A stretch of 32,000 nucleotides of DNA from Promethearchaeum syntrophicum (GCF_008000775.2 NZ_CP042905.2:30001-62000); one strand, 5' to 3'; counted from the first letter of the stretch, positions 9,998-18,808 are shown. The notes: generated by a model from the letters alone, not told the origin. Program-made: numbers and translations.

Positions 9998-10051
9998 ATT
10001 AGAAAACATGGATTAAATGGTTGAAGGAATATCAAAAAAAAAAGGAATAAA

Positions 10052-10375
10052 TTAGGGTAAAAATTTTTCAAGATATGTGTAATTAGGGGTTAATTTTCCT
10101 TGGTAAGCAATGATCGCGTTTTTAATTTCGGAAGATAAATTTAATTCATCAAAATTCCCTTTAAAATCTGCTTTGGCAATAGGTAAAATATATTTTTTCA
10201 AAGTTGAACTAAAACTAATTGAAGATTCTTTAGAAAATTCACATGGTAAATTATCAATTGCTATGATTGGTATCCCCCTTTTACGAATCCTAAAGGGGCA
10301 CTATCTGTAAAAATGTATTAATCTTCAACCTTTAAAATCCACAACTTTTTCATAAGCAATAAGAGATGTCATTGC
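10052..10375 (-). pseudogene. Decayed partial duplicate of the lysine-ketoglutarate reductase gene (3' end plus an internal piece)
   Basis: 10037-10313 aligns with 17371-17648 at roughly 85-90% nt identity. 10309-10375 aligns with 18303-18367. The intervening ~650 bp is deleted at an A-run. The minus-strand frame reads '...IPIIAIDNLPCEFSKESSISFSSTLKKYILPIAKADFKGNFDELNLSSEIKNAIIAYQGKLTPNYTYLEKFLP*'. There is no start codon, and there are upstream in-frame stops. Confidence 0.85.
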
Positions 10376-10648
10376 ACACAACAAATCGTAAATATGAAAG
10401 GATAAATAGAATAAAGAAAAAATGTAAAAAAGACATTAAAAACCCTATCTGTCGATAACCTACTAACCGATAAGCATTAATGGGGTAAAAAATACCCTTT
10501 TTTTCGTTTCTTCTCACACTATATCAAAGTATATAGGATTCACTATCCTAAATAAATTGTGTTTGACTATGGTAGGTCATGTCAATACTTTGATGTTATC
10601 TCGTTTCTGTGGGGTAAAATGTAGGATGTTAGACTATGGGCTTAAGTC

Positions 10649-10658
10649 AAAAAAAAAA
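10649..10658 (-). terminator. Oligo-T (T10) termination signal 5 nt after the giant-gene stop
   Basis: An A10 run on the plus strand sits immediately downstream (minus sense) of the TAA at 10663-10665. Oligo-T is the usual archaeal terminator. Confidence 0.55.
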
Positions 10659-10662
10659 GGTT

Positions 10663-13600
10663 TTAACAATTTCTTTGCCGTTTAATTAATAAAATCATTA
10701 AACCTAAAGTAAATGTTGAAAATAATCCCAGGAATATTATCGAAAAACCCGGAATTCCTGAGCTTGGAAAATCATCAGGATCATTAGGATCTGTACCTGC
10801 TACAATCTCTACTCCATCTGTAAACCCATCATCATCTGTGTCTGCATTATTAGGATCTGTGCTGTGTGTGTTAATTTCTACTTCATCAGATAAATCATCA
10901 TCATCACTATCAGTATCGTTCGGATCTGTGCTGTATGTGTTAATTTCTTCTCCATCGGATAATTCATCATCATCGCTATCTGAATCATTCGGATCTGTGC
11001 TGTATGTGTTAATCTCTTCTCCATCGGATAATCCATCATCATCGCTATCTGCATCGATCGGATCTGTGTTGTTTGTAATTAGTTCTTCTTGATCTGATAA
11101 TCCATCATCATCCGTGTCTACATCATTCGGATCTGTTCCATATGTGATTACCTCTTCTTGATCTGATAACCCATCATCATCACTATCTATATCATTAGGA
11201 TCTGTGTTGTATGTGTTAATTTCTTCTCCGTCTAATAACCCATCTTCATCCGTATCTTCAAGGTGAGGTTCTGTACAATAGGTGATTATCTCTTCATAAT
11301 CTGATAACCCATCATCATCACTATCTATATCATTAGGATCTGTGTAATAAACACTTTCTTCAAGATTTGTTAATCCATCTCCATCATCATCAGTATCTGC
11401 ATCGGAAGGATTGTTCGGATCTAATCCATAATAAACTTCATATCCATCAGACATTCCATCATCATCACTATCTTCATCGTTTGGATCTGTATTATACGTT
11501 AAAATCTCTTCTCCATCAAATAACCCGTCATCATCACTATCTAATTCATTAGGATCTGTGAAATATGTGTTAATTTCTTCTCCATCGGATAATCCATCAT
11601 CATCGGTATCCGTATCATTCGGATCTGTGAAATGTGTGTTAATTTCTTCTCCATCGGATAATCCATCATCATCGGTATCTGTATCATTTGGATTTGTAAA
11701 ATGTGTGTTAATTTCTTCTCCATCGGATAATCCATCATCATCGGTATCTGTATCATTCGGATCTGTAAAATATGTGTTAATTTCTTCTTGATCGCCTAAC
11801 CCATCATCATCACTATCTGCATCATTAGGATCTGTGCCATACGTGTTAATTTCATCTCCATCGGAAAGCCAATCATCATCACTGTCTGAGTCTGTTGGAT
11901 CTGTTTGATAAGAATATTCTTCAAGATTTGTTAAACCATCGCTATCATCATCAGTACCTGCATCAGAAGCACTATTCGGATCTAAACTGTATGTTGTTTC
12001 CCATCCATCAGGCATCCCATCATCATCACAATCTGCATCGTTTGGATCTGTGTTATATGTATTAATTTCTTCTCCATCGGAAAGCCCATCATCATCCGAA
12101 TCTGTATCATTAGGATCTGTGTTATACGTATTAATTTCTTCTCCATCGGACAGCCCATCATCATCCGAATCTGTATCATTAGGATCTGTGCTATACGTGG
12201 TAACTTCTTCTCCATCAGATAATCCATCATCATCCGAATCTGTATCATTAGGATCTGTGTTATACGTGGTAATTTCTTCTCCATCAGATAATCCATCATC
12301 ATCCGAATCTGTATCATTAGGATCTGTTTGATTGATGTATTCTTCGAGATTAGTTAATCCATCTCCATCCAAATCTCCACCTGCATCGGAAATATTGTTC
12401 GGATTTAAACCATTCATAATTTCCCATCCATCAGACATTCCGTCATCATCCGTATCTGTATCATTTGGACCAGTGTTATAAGTGATGATTTCTTCTCCAT
12501 CGGATAATCCATCTCCATCTGAATCTGCATCATTAGGATCTGTGCTATAAGTGAAAATTTCTTCTCCATCAGATAATCCATCATCATCCGAATCAACATC
12601 ATTAGGATCTGTGCTATATGTGTTAATTTCTTCTCCATCGGATAATCCATCATCATCCGTATCACTATCAAAGGGATGTGTGTTGTATATATATTCATTG
12701 AGATTTGTTAAGTCGTCCCCATCCTCATCATAACTTGCAGTAGCATTATTACTAAAGAAGTAAAATATTTCCCATCCATCAGGCATCCCATCATCATCCG
12801 AATCTGCATCATTCGGATCTGTGCCCCACATGAATAATTCTTCTTGATCTGATAATTCATCATCATCCGAATCTGGATCGTTAGGATCTGTACTATATGT
12901 ATTAATCTCTTGTCCATCGGTTAACCCATCATCATCAGAATCTGTATCATTCGGATCTGTGTTATTCGTGATAATTTCTTCTCCATCGGATAACCCATCA
13001 TCATCACTGTCTGGGTCTGTCGGATCTGTATGAAGGTTATATTCTTCGAGATTTGTCAATCCGTCGGTATCAGAATCTATGCCTGCATCAGAAGCACTAT
13101 TTGGATCTAAACCGTATACTGTTTCCCATCCATCAAGCATCCCATCATCATCTGTGTCTGTATCATTAGGATCTGTGCTGTGGGTGTTAATCTCTTCTCC
13201 ATCGGTTAACCCATCATCATCAGTGTCTGCATCATTAGGATCTGTGAAATAGGTATTAATTTCTTGTCCATCTGATAATCCATCATCATCTGTATCTGTA
13301 TTGTTAGGATCTGTTCCATACATGATTATTTCTTCTTGATCTGATAATCCATCTCCATCGCTATCTGCATCGTTTGGATCTGTTCCATACGTGATAACTT
13401 CTTCTTGATCTGATAATCCATCATCATCCGAATCTGCATCATTAGGATCTGTGCTATACGTGTTAATTTCTAATCCATCAGATAATCCATCATCATCCGA
13501 ATCTGAATCTGTGGGATCTGTGCTGTATAAGAGTATTTCTAATCCATCTAATAGTCCATCATCATCAGTATCTGTATCGTTCGGATCTGTGTTATGTGTG

Positions 13601-16600
13601 TTAATTTCATCTCCATCTGATAAAGCGTCATCATCACTATCGTTATCGTTTGGATCTGTTTGATAATTAAACTCTTCAAGATTTGTTAATCCATCGCTAT
13701 CAGAATCTATACCGGCATCAGAAGCACTATTTGGATTAAAACCATACATAATTTCCCATCCATCAGACATTCCATCACCATCACTATCTGAGTCGTTAGG
13801 ATCTGTACTATACGTGATAACTTCCTCTTGGTCGGTTAATCCATCATCATCACAATCTGAGTCGTTCGGATCTGTGCTATACGTGATAACTTCCTCTTGG
13901 TCTGATAATCCATCATCATCCGAATCTGTGTCGTTTGGATCTGTGCTAAATGTGTTAACTTCTTGTCCATCAGTTAATCCATCATCATCCGAATCTGTGT
14001 CGTTTGGATCTGTGCTATATGTATTAATTTCTTGTCCATCAGATAATCCATCATCATCCGAATCTGTGTCGTTCGGATCTGTGCTATATGTGTTAATTTC
14101 TTGTCCATCAGATAATCCATCATCATCACTATCTGGGTCTGTTGGATCTGTACTGTATGTGATTACTTCTTCTTGGTCTGATAATCCGTCATCATCCGAA
14201 TCTGTATCATTGGGATCTGTTCCGTACGTATTAATTTCTTCTCCGTCTAATAACCCATCTTCATCCGTATCTTCAAGATGAGGTTCTGTACCATATGTTA
14301 TTATTTCTTCATAATCGGATAACCCATCATCATCGCTATCTACATCATAAGGATCTGTGTAATGAACACTTTCTTCGAGATTTGTTAATCCATCTCCATC
14401 CGAATCTACATCAGCATCAGAAGGATTGTTAGGATCTAACCCATAATAAATTTCATATCCGTCAGACATCCCATCATCATCACTATCTGAGTCTAATGGA
14501 TCTGTGCTATGGGTTAAAATTTCTTCCCCATCAAACAAACCATCTTCGTCCGTATCTAAAAGGTTCGGATCTGTACCATAGGTTAAAATTTCTTCTCCAT
14601 CGGATAACCCATCATCGTCCGTATCTACATCGCTAGGATCGGTGCTGTGAGTGCTAATTTCTTCTCCGTCGGATAACCCATCATCATCGGTATCGGCATC
14701 GTTCGGATCTGTAGCATGCGTGTTAATTTCTTCTCCATCTGATAATCCATCATCATCGCTATCTGCATCATTCGGATCTGTGCTATATATGGAAACTTCG
14801 TCCCAGTCATCTAATCCATCATCATCGCTATCTATATCGTTCGGATCTGTTCCATATGTGTGTATTTCTTCTCCATCGGTTAATCCATCATCATCCGTAT
14901 CACTATCATAGGGATCGGTGTTGTATGTATATTCTTCAAGATTTGTTAATCCATCGACCTCTTGATCCAAACCCGCATCAGAAGGATTATTTGGATTAAA
15001 ACTGTATAAAATTTCCCATCCATCAGGCATACCATCGTCATCACTATCTGTATCGTTTGGATCTGTGCTGTGTGTGTTAACTTCGTCTCCATCGGATAAT
15101 CCATCATCATCACTATCTATATCGTTCGGATCTGTGCTATACGTGTTGATTTCTTCTCCGTCGGATAACCCATCATCATCACTATCTGAGTCTGACGGAT
15201 CTGTGCTGTATAAGATTATTTCTAATCCATCCAATAACCCATCATCATCACTATCTGAGTCTGTCGGATCTGTGTTATGTGTATTAACTTCGTCACCATC
15301 GGATAATCCATCATCATCACTATCTGAGTCTGTGGGATCAGTTTGATAGTTAAATTCTTCGAGATTTGTCAATCCATCTCCATCCAAATCTCCAACCGCA
15401 TCGGAAGGATTGTTCGGATCTAAACCATACGTAATTTCCCATCCATCTAACATTCCATCATCATCTGTATCTGCATCGTTAGGATCTGTGTCATATGTGA
15501 TTAATTCTTCTTGATCATACAATCCATCATCATCTGTATCTGCATCATTAGGATTTGTTTGATAAATAAATTCTTCAAGATTTGTTAATCCATCACTATC
15601 AGAATCTAAACTTGCATCAGAAGGATTATTTGGATTCAAACCGAATCCTATTTCCCATCCGTCATGTATCCCATCATCATCCGTATCGCTTTTATTTTCA
15701 TTTAACCTAAGTGAAATCTCAAGAATATCTGGCATACTGTCACCATCACTATCCATCGCATTGGCATGATGGAGTGCTGATCCCCCCCAGCATGGCCAAG
15801 GTCCGGGTATCGCCCACGGATCACCATTTCCAATTAAGCAGTATATTTTACCATCATCGGAGCCAAACAGGACTTCCATATTCCCATCCCCGTCCACATC
15901 ACCGAGCGCGGGACTGGAACTAATCGTATTTCCGGTTGTAAAATTCCATTCTTCTCCTCCAGTTGTCCCGTCAATACAGTACATTTTGTGATCAAGGGAA
16001 CCAAATAAGATTTCTATATCCCCATCCCCGTCCACATCACCGATTGTGGGGCTACTAGAATAAACACGATCTCCAGCTGTAAACGACCATTCTTGTAATC
16101 CTGTTGTCCCGTCAAGGCAGTACATTTTGTGATCATAGGAACCAAATAAGATTTCTATATCCCCATCCCCGTCCACATCACCGAGTGCAGGGCCAGAATA
16201 AACAGTACTTCCAGCTAAAAAATTCCATTCTTCTACTCCAGTGGTTCCGTCCAGACAGTAAATATTGCGATAGCAAATAAATACGATTTCTATATCCCCG
16301 TCTCTGTCCACATCACCGAGGGCGATGGTTGAAGGGCTATTTCCGAGTGAAAAAGACCATTCTGACAATCCCGTGGTTCCGTCTACACAAAAAATATAGT
16401 GTCTAGAGCAACTTACAAGAACTTCCATGTCCCCGTCCCCGTCCACATCACCGATGGCAGGAATGGAATAAAAACTAGCTAAATAAGAATCAACCGTCCA
16501 TTTTTCTTCTCCCGTGGTTCCGTCCAGACAGTAAATTTTGTCATGACCTCCCAGAACTTCCATATTCCCGTCTCCATCTACATCACCAAGTGCAAGACCG

Positions 16601-17055
16601 GAATTAACAACATCTCCGGTTGTAAAATTCCATTCTTCTCCTCCAGTTGTACCATCAAGACAGTAGATTTTGCGATCATTGGAACCAATCAGAACTTCCA
16701 AGTTTCCGTCACCGTCCACATCACCGATTGTGGGGCTAGAATAAACAACATCTCCGGTTGTAAACGACCATTTTTCTTCTCCCGTGTCCCCGTCCAGACA
16801 ATAGACTTTGTGATCTTGGGAACCTACTACAACTTCCATATTTCCATCCCCATCTGTATCACCTATTGCAGGATTAGAACTAACACTGTCTCCGGTTGTA
16901 AATGTCCATGCTAGAGACCCTGTTGTTCCCGTAAAGCCTGTGGAATATTCCGCATCTTCGGAAATCATTAACGGAAAAATAAGAAATGTCAGTAAAATCG
17001 CTATACCTATTATGATATTTTTCCTCATTACTCGATTGACCGATATTCCGGCCAT
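10663..17055 (-). CDS. Giant secreted/surface-anchored Ca-binding repeat protein: signal peptide + 8-bladed FG-GAP/PQQ-like beta-propeller + ~70 TSP type-3-like repeats + PGF-CTERM anchor
   Basis: The ORF is open over 10663-17187, but the track start is a TTG. The first ATG is at 17055 ('MAGISVNRVMRKNIIIGIAILLTFLIFPLMI', a signal-like sequence). There are eight blades of the form 'W.F.TGD.V.SSP.IGDVDGDG..EV..GS.D.K.YCLDG.TG'. A long array of 'D.D.DDDGLSDGEEINTYSTDPN' units follows. The C-terminus is 'SSGIPGFSIIFLGLFSTFTLGLMILLIKRQRNC'. Confidence 0.9.
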   Translation of the reverse strand: MAGISVNRVMRKNIIIGIAILLTFLIFPLMISEDAEYSTGFTGTTGSLAWTFTTGDSVSSNPAIGDTDGDGNMEVVVGSQDHKVYCLDGDTGEEKWSFTTGDVVYSSPTIGDVDGDGNLEVLIGSNDRKIYCLDGTTGGEEWNFTTGDVVNSGLALGDVDGDGNMEVLGGHDKIYCLDGTTGEEKWTVDSYLASFYSIPAIGDVDGDGDMEVLVSCSRHYIFCVDGTTGLSEWSFSLGNSPSTIALGDVDRDGDIEIVFICYRNIYCLDGTTGVEEWNFLAGSTVYSGPALGDVDGDGDIEILFGSYDHKMYCLDGTTGLQEWSFTAGDRVYSSSPTIGDVDGDGDIEILFGSLDHKMYCIDGTTGGEEWNFTTGNTISSSPALGDVDGDGNMEVLFGSDDGKIYCLIGNGDPWAIPGPWPCWGGSALHHANAMDSDGDSMPDILEISLRLNENKSDTDDDGIHDGWEIGFGLNPNNPSDASLDSDSDGLTNLEEFIYQTNPNDADTDDDGLYDQEELITYDTDPNDADTDDDGMLDGWEITYGLDPNNPSDAVGDLDGDGLTNLEEFNYQTDPTDSDSDDDGLSDGDEVNTHNTDPTDSDSDDDGLLDGLEIILYSTDPSDSDSDDDGLSDGEEINTYSTDPNDIDSDDDGLSDGDEVNTHSTDPNDTDSDDDGMPDGWEILYSFNPNNPSDAGLDQEVDGLTNLEEYTYNTDPYDSDTDDDGLTDGEEIHTYGTDPNDIDSDDDGLDDWDEVSIYSTDPNDADSDDDGLSDGEEINTHATDPNDADTDDDGLSDGEEISTHSTDPSDVDTDDDGLSDGEEILTYGTDPNLLDTDEDGLFDGEEILTHSTDPLDSDSDDDGMSDGYEIYYGLDPNNPSDADVDSDGDGLTNLEESVHYTDPYDVDSDDDGLSDYEEIITYGTEPHLEDTDEDGLLDGEEINTYGTDPNDTDSDDDGLSDQEEVITYSTDPTDPDSDDDGLSDGQEINTYSTDPNDTDSDDDGLSDGQEINTYSTDPNDTDSDDDGLTDGQEVNTFSTDPNDTDSDDDGLSDQEEVITYSTDPNDSDCDDDGLTDQEEVITYSTDPNDSDSDGDGMSDGWEIMYGFNPNSASDAGIDSDSDGLTNLEEFNYQTDPNDNDSDDDALSDGDEINTHNTDPNDTDTDDDGLLDGLEILLYSTDPTDSDSDDDGLSDGLEINTYSTDPNDADSDDDGLSDQEEVITYGTDPNDADSDGDGLSDQEEIIMYGTDPNNTDTDDDGLSDGQEINTYFTDPNDADTDDDGLTDGEEINTHSTDPNDTDTDDDGMLDGWETVYGLDPNSASDAGIDSDTDGLTNLEEYNLHTDPTDPDSDDDGLSDGEEIITNNTDPNDTDSDDDGLTDGQEINTYSTDPNDPDSDDDELSDQEELFMWGTDPNDADSDDDGMPDGWEIFYFFSNNATASYDEDGDDLTNLNEYIYNTHPFDSDTDDDGLSDGEEINTYSTDPNDVDSDDDGLSDGEEIFTYSTDPNDADSDGDGLSDGEEIITYNTGPNDTDTDDDGMSDGWEIMNGLNPNNISDAGGDLDGDGLTNLEEYINQTDPNDTDSDDDGLSDGEEITTYNTDPNDTDSDDDGLSDGEEVTTYSTDPNDTDSDDDGLSDGEEINTYNTDPNDTDSDDDGLSDGEEINTYNTDPNDADCDDDGMPDGWETTYSLDPNSASDAGTDDDSDGLTNLEEYSYQTDPTDSDSDDDWLSDGDEINTYGTDPNDADSDDDGLGDQEEINTYFTDPNDTDTDDDGLSDGEEINTHFTNPNDTDTDDDGLSDGEEINTHFTDPNDTDTDDDGLSDGEEINTYFTDPNELDSDDDGLFDGEEILTYNTDPNDEDSDDDGMSDGYEVYYGLDPNNPSDADTDDDGDGLTNLEESVYYTDPNDIDSDDDGLSDYEEIITYCTEPHLEDTDEDGLLDGEEINTYNTDPNDIDSDDDGLSDQEEVITYGTDPNDVDTDDDGLSDQEELITNNTDPIDADSDDDGLSDGEEINTYSTDPNDSDSDDDELSDGEEINTYSTDPNDTDSDDDDLSDEVEINTHSTDPNNADTDDDGFTDGVEIVAGTDPNDPDDFPSSGIPGFSIIFLGLFSTFTLGLMILLIKRQRNC
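10790..15765 (-). repeat. Tandem coding repeats, 69-bp (23-codon) period, ~70 units (thrombospondin type-3-like DxDxDGxxDxxE calcium-binding units)
   Basis: The periodicity is visible in both DNA and protein. It is punctuated by 10 double-length modules 'DDDGM.DGWEI.YGL(D/N)PN(N/S).SDA..D.D.DGLTNLEE'. Confidence 0.9.
15790..16930 (-). repeat. Eight ~140-bp coding repeats (propeller blades)
   Basis: The plus-strand string 'ccccgtccacatcaccga' (encoding GDVDGDG) recurs about every 140 bp. Confidence 0.8.
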
Positions 17056-17386
17056 CTTATTTCGCCCTAAAGAAATTGAACTTAACTTGTTATGTTTAAA
17101 TTTTCTGTATTTTGTCAATTTTGATTCCTCATTTATGTTTGAAATTATTAATTTGTTAACCCAATTATCAAATTGTCTATAAATCAAATTATAAATCTAT
17201 CTTTAGATTAACTTGTATAAAAAATTTATTATAGAGGCAGGTGAGAAAAATTATGATATTTTCTTTTTTATCGGAATCTATTATCCAATTTTGGTTTTAT
17301 CTCCCAATTTTTGTTCAAGTGTTTTTGCATCACTTAAAATAATAATTAGATTCCATGCATAAATGAATAGAAAAAAAGGAATTAAC

Positions 17387-18685
17387 TTATTGCAAATATT
17401 TTTCAAGATATGTGTAATTAGGAGTTAATTTTCCTTGGTAAACAATGATCGCGTCTTTAATTTCGGAGGGTAAATTTAATTTATCAAAATTTCCTTTAAA
17501 ATCTGCATTTGCTATAGGTAAAACATATTCTTTTAAAGTCGAACTAAAACTGATTGAAGATTCTTTAGGTAGTTCACATGGCAAATTATCAATTGCCATG
17601 ATTGGCATTCCGCCTTTGATTAATCCTAAATATGTACTATCTGTAAAAGGATCATATGTAATAATTGGATTATCTGGTTTTGTTGATTCAAGAGACCCTT
17701 CTATAGCACCTTCTATATCTATTGAAATATCACCAATTATTTTTAATCTGCTATTTTCTTTTATCAAGGATTTGAATCCTTCCTTTCTTATCAATCGAGG
17801 ATATTTTGCTGACCAAAAGAGGGCATTGACTAAGATTGTTAAATACGGTAAGTATTCATGGAATTTGCTATGGTATTTATCCAAACCGTTATCATAATAG
17901 TCTTGTAAGTCAAATTTATGATTTGGATCATTAGGTTCCACTAAATGTTCTTCTTTGAAAACAATTTTATAAACATGGTTTTTGGAAAAATTACCTTCTT
18001 CAAAAAAAGATTTTAAATCATTTGGATCAATTTCAATGACTGGTAAGATATCTAAGAAAGATTGAGCTCCTTTAGAAACATTTCCATACCCAGCAAAACC
18101 ACAAAATATTGGAAGATTCAACCCATTTTTCTCTATATCCTTTGAAAGATCTTCAAAATATTTCTTTTGTTCCTCGACATTATTGTACTCAAAAGTATGT
18201 TTTAACTTCAAAAATGGAGTTTGGATCCCTTCGATTTTTAATAATCTTTGCCCATATCCCCATAAAGTTTCATTTATACCAGATAACCCGGCCCAATTCC
18301 CAAAAAATATTAACCTTCGTCCTTTAGAATCCACAACTTTTTCATAATCAATAAGTGTTGCATTTTCTTTTAATATTTTTTTTAGCATAGGCATATTATA
18401 TCGTTGACCTTTGATTACATGGCTGAAAAAGATATACACTTTCTGGGATATTAATTTTGAAGGAATTTCTTTAACTGCAAATATAACATCTGCATTTTCA
18501 AGAGTATTTTCAATAATTGCACCTTCCTCCTCATACTCGTTATCTGAAAAAGCGCGATTGTCAGATGATTGAACAATAAATTGACAAGAATGGTTTTTTA
18601 CTAAATCTCCAACATCTTTTGGAATTATTGGAGCTCTTTTTTCCCATTTATTTTTATCTTCTTTTCTAATGCCAAGGACGTTCAC
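17387..18685 (-). CDS. Saccharopine dehydrogenase (L-lysine-forming) / lysine-ketoglutarate reductase, long AASS-LKR-like form
   Basis: 432 aa. The N-terminus 'LGIRKEDKNKWEKRAPIIPKDV' resembles the LKR domain of AASS ('RRED.N.WERRAPL.P'), an AlaDH/PNT-type fold. The only possible start is the GTG at 18685, with an in-frame stop 9 nt upstream. Confidence 0.82.
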   Translation of the reverse strand: MNVLGIRKEDKNKWEKRAPIIPKDVGDLVKNHSCQFIVQSSDNRAFSDNEYEEEGAIIENTLENADVIFAVKEIPSKLISQKVYIFFSHVIKGQRYNMPMLKKILKENATLIDYEKVVDSKGRRLIFFGNWAGLSGINETLWGYGQRLLKIEGIQTPFLKLKHTFEYNNVEEQKKYFEDLSKDIEKNGLNLPIFCGFAGYGNVSKGAQSFLDILPVIEIDPNDLKSFFEEGNFSKNHVYKIVFKEEHLVEPNDPNHKFDLQDYYDNGLDKYHSKFHEYLPYLTILVNALFWSAKYPRLIRKEGFKSLIKENSRLKIIGDISIDIEGAIEGSLESTKPDNPIITYDPFTDSTYLGLIKGGMPIMAIDNLPCELPKESSISFSSTLKEYVLPIANADFKGNFDKLNLPSEIKDAIIVYQGKLTPNYTYLEKYLQ

Positions 18686-18808
18686 AGTGATTCACACTTA
18701 TTCTTAGCTAAAAAATTTATAAAAGTCTTTTGAAAATTAGACAAATAATAAATTCCTTAATAGAACATTATTCAAATAAGATTTATTTTTTTTAACGGTG
18801 ATTATTAT
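18686..18808. promoter_or_regulatory. Divergent promoter region shared by the LKR and SDH genes
   Basis: The 123-bp AT-rich spacer has a TATA-like 'TTTATAAA' (18716-18723) about 32 nt from the LKR GTG, which suggests a leaderless or short-leader transcript. On the SDH side there is a T-rich TATA-like element and the SD 'GGTGAT' 8 nt before the ATG at 18809. Confidence 0.4.

Noticed and set aside
9932-10051. A possible lysine riboswitch upstream of the lysine-catabolic operon.
   Set aside because: The available leader is about 100 nt or less and lacks the multi-helix L-box core. Only a simple hairpin plus T-run is present.
10110-10310. The 66-aa plus-strand ORF is 'conserved' with the 150-aa ORF at 17445-17897(+), which might suggest a real duplicated gene.
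   Set aside because: The similarity comes from duplication of the LKR gene on the opposite strand. Both are antisense shadows, and the minus-strand frame is the one matching LKR protein motifs.
10838-15346. Many 60-155 aa ORFs on the plus strand and in alternate minus frames inside the giant gene. Examples are 10838-11092(+), 11541-11756(-), 11982-12317(-), 13814-14281(+) and 15065-15346(+), with 'SSPSDNPSSS' or 'MIQIRMMMDY' periodic peptides.
   Set aside because: They are frame-shifted or antisense readings of the same 69-bp repeat. The GAT/GAC-rich repeat happens to lack stops in other frames. One 2,100+ codon frame with coherent domain architecture explains the whole region.
10790-15765. 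Regular 69-bp periodicity that could superficially suggest a CRISPR-like or satellite array.
   Set aside because: There is no repeat/unique-spacer alternation. Every unit is in-frame coding sequence of a single long ORF with conserved amino-acid motifs.
16543-16914. The 123-aa plus-strand ORF opposite the propeller region.
   Set aside because: It is antisense to the well-supported blade repeats. Its Cys/Ile-rich repetitive product mirrors the repeat periodicity.
17056-17187. The 44-codon N-terminal extension of the giant ORF from a TTG at 17187.
   Set aside because: There is no signal-peptide logic before the ATG at 17055. The first ATG gives a canonical basic n-region and hydrophobic core. 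The exact start (17055 or 17028) remains uncertain.
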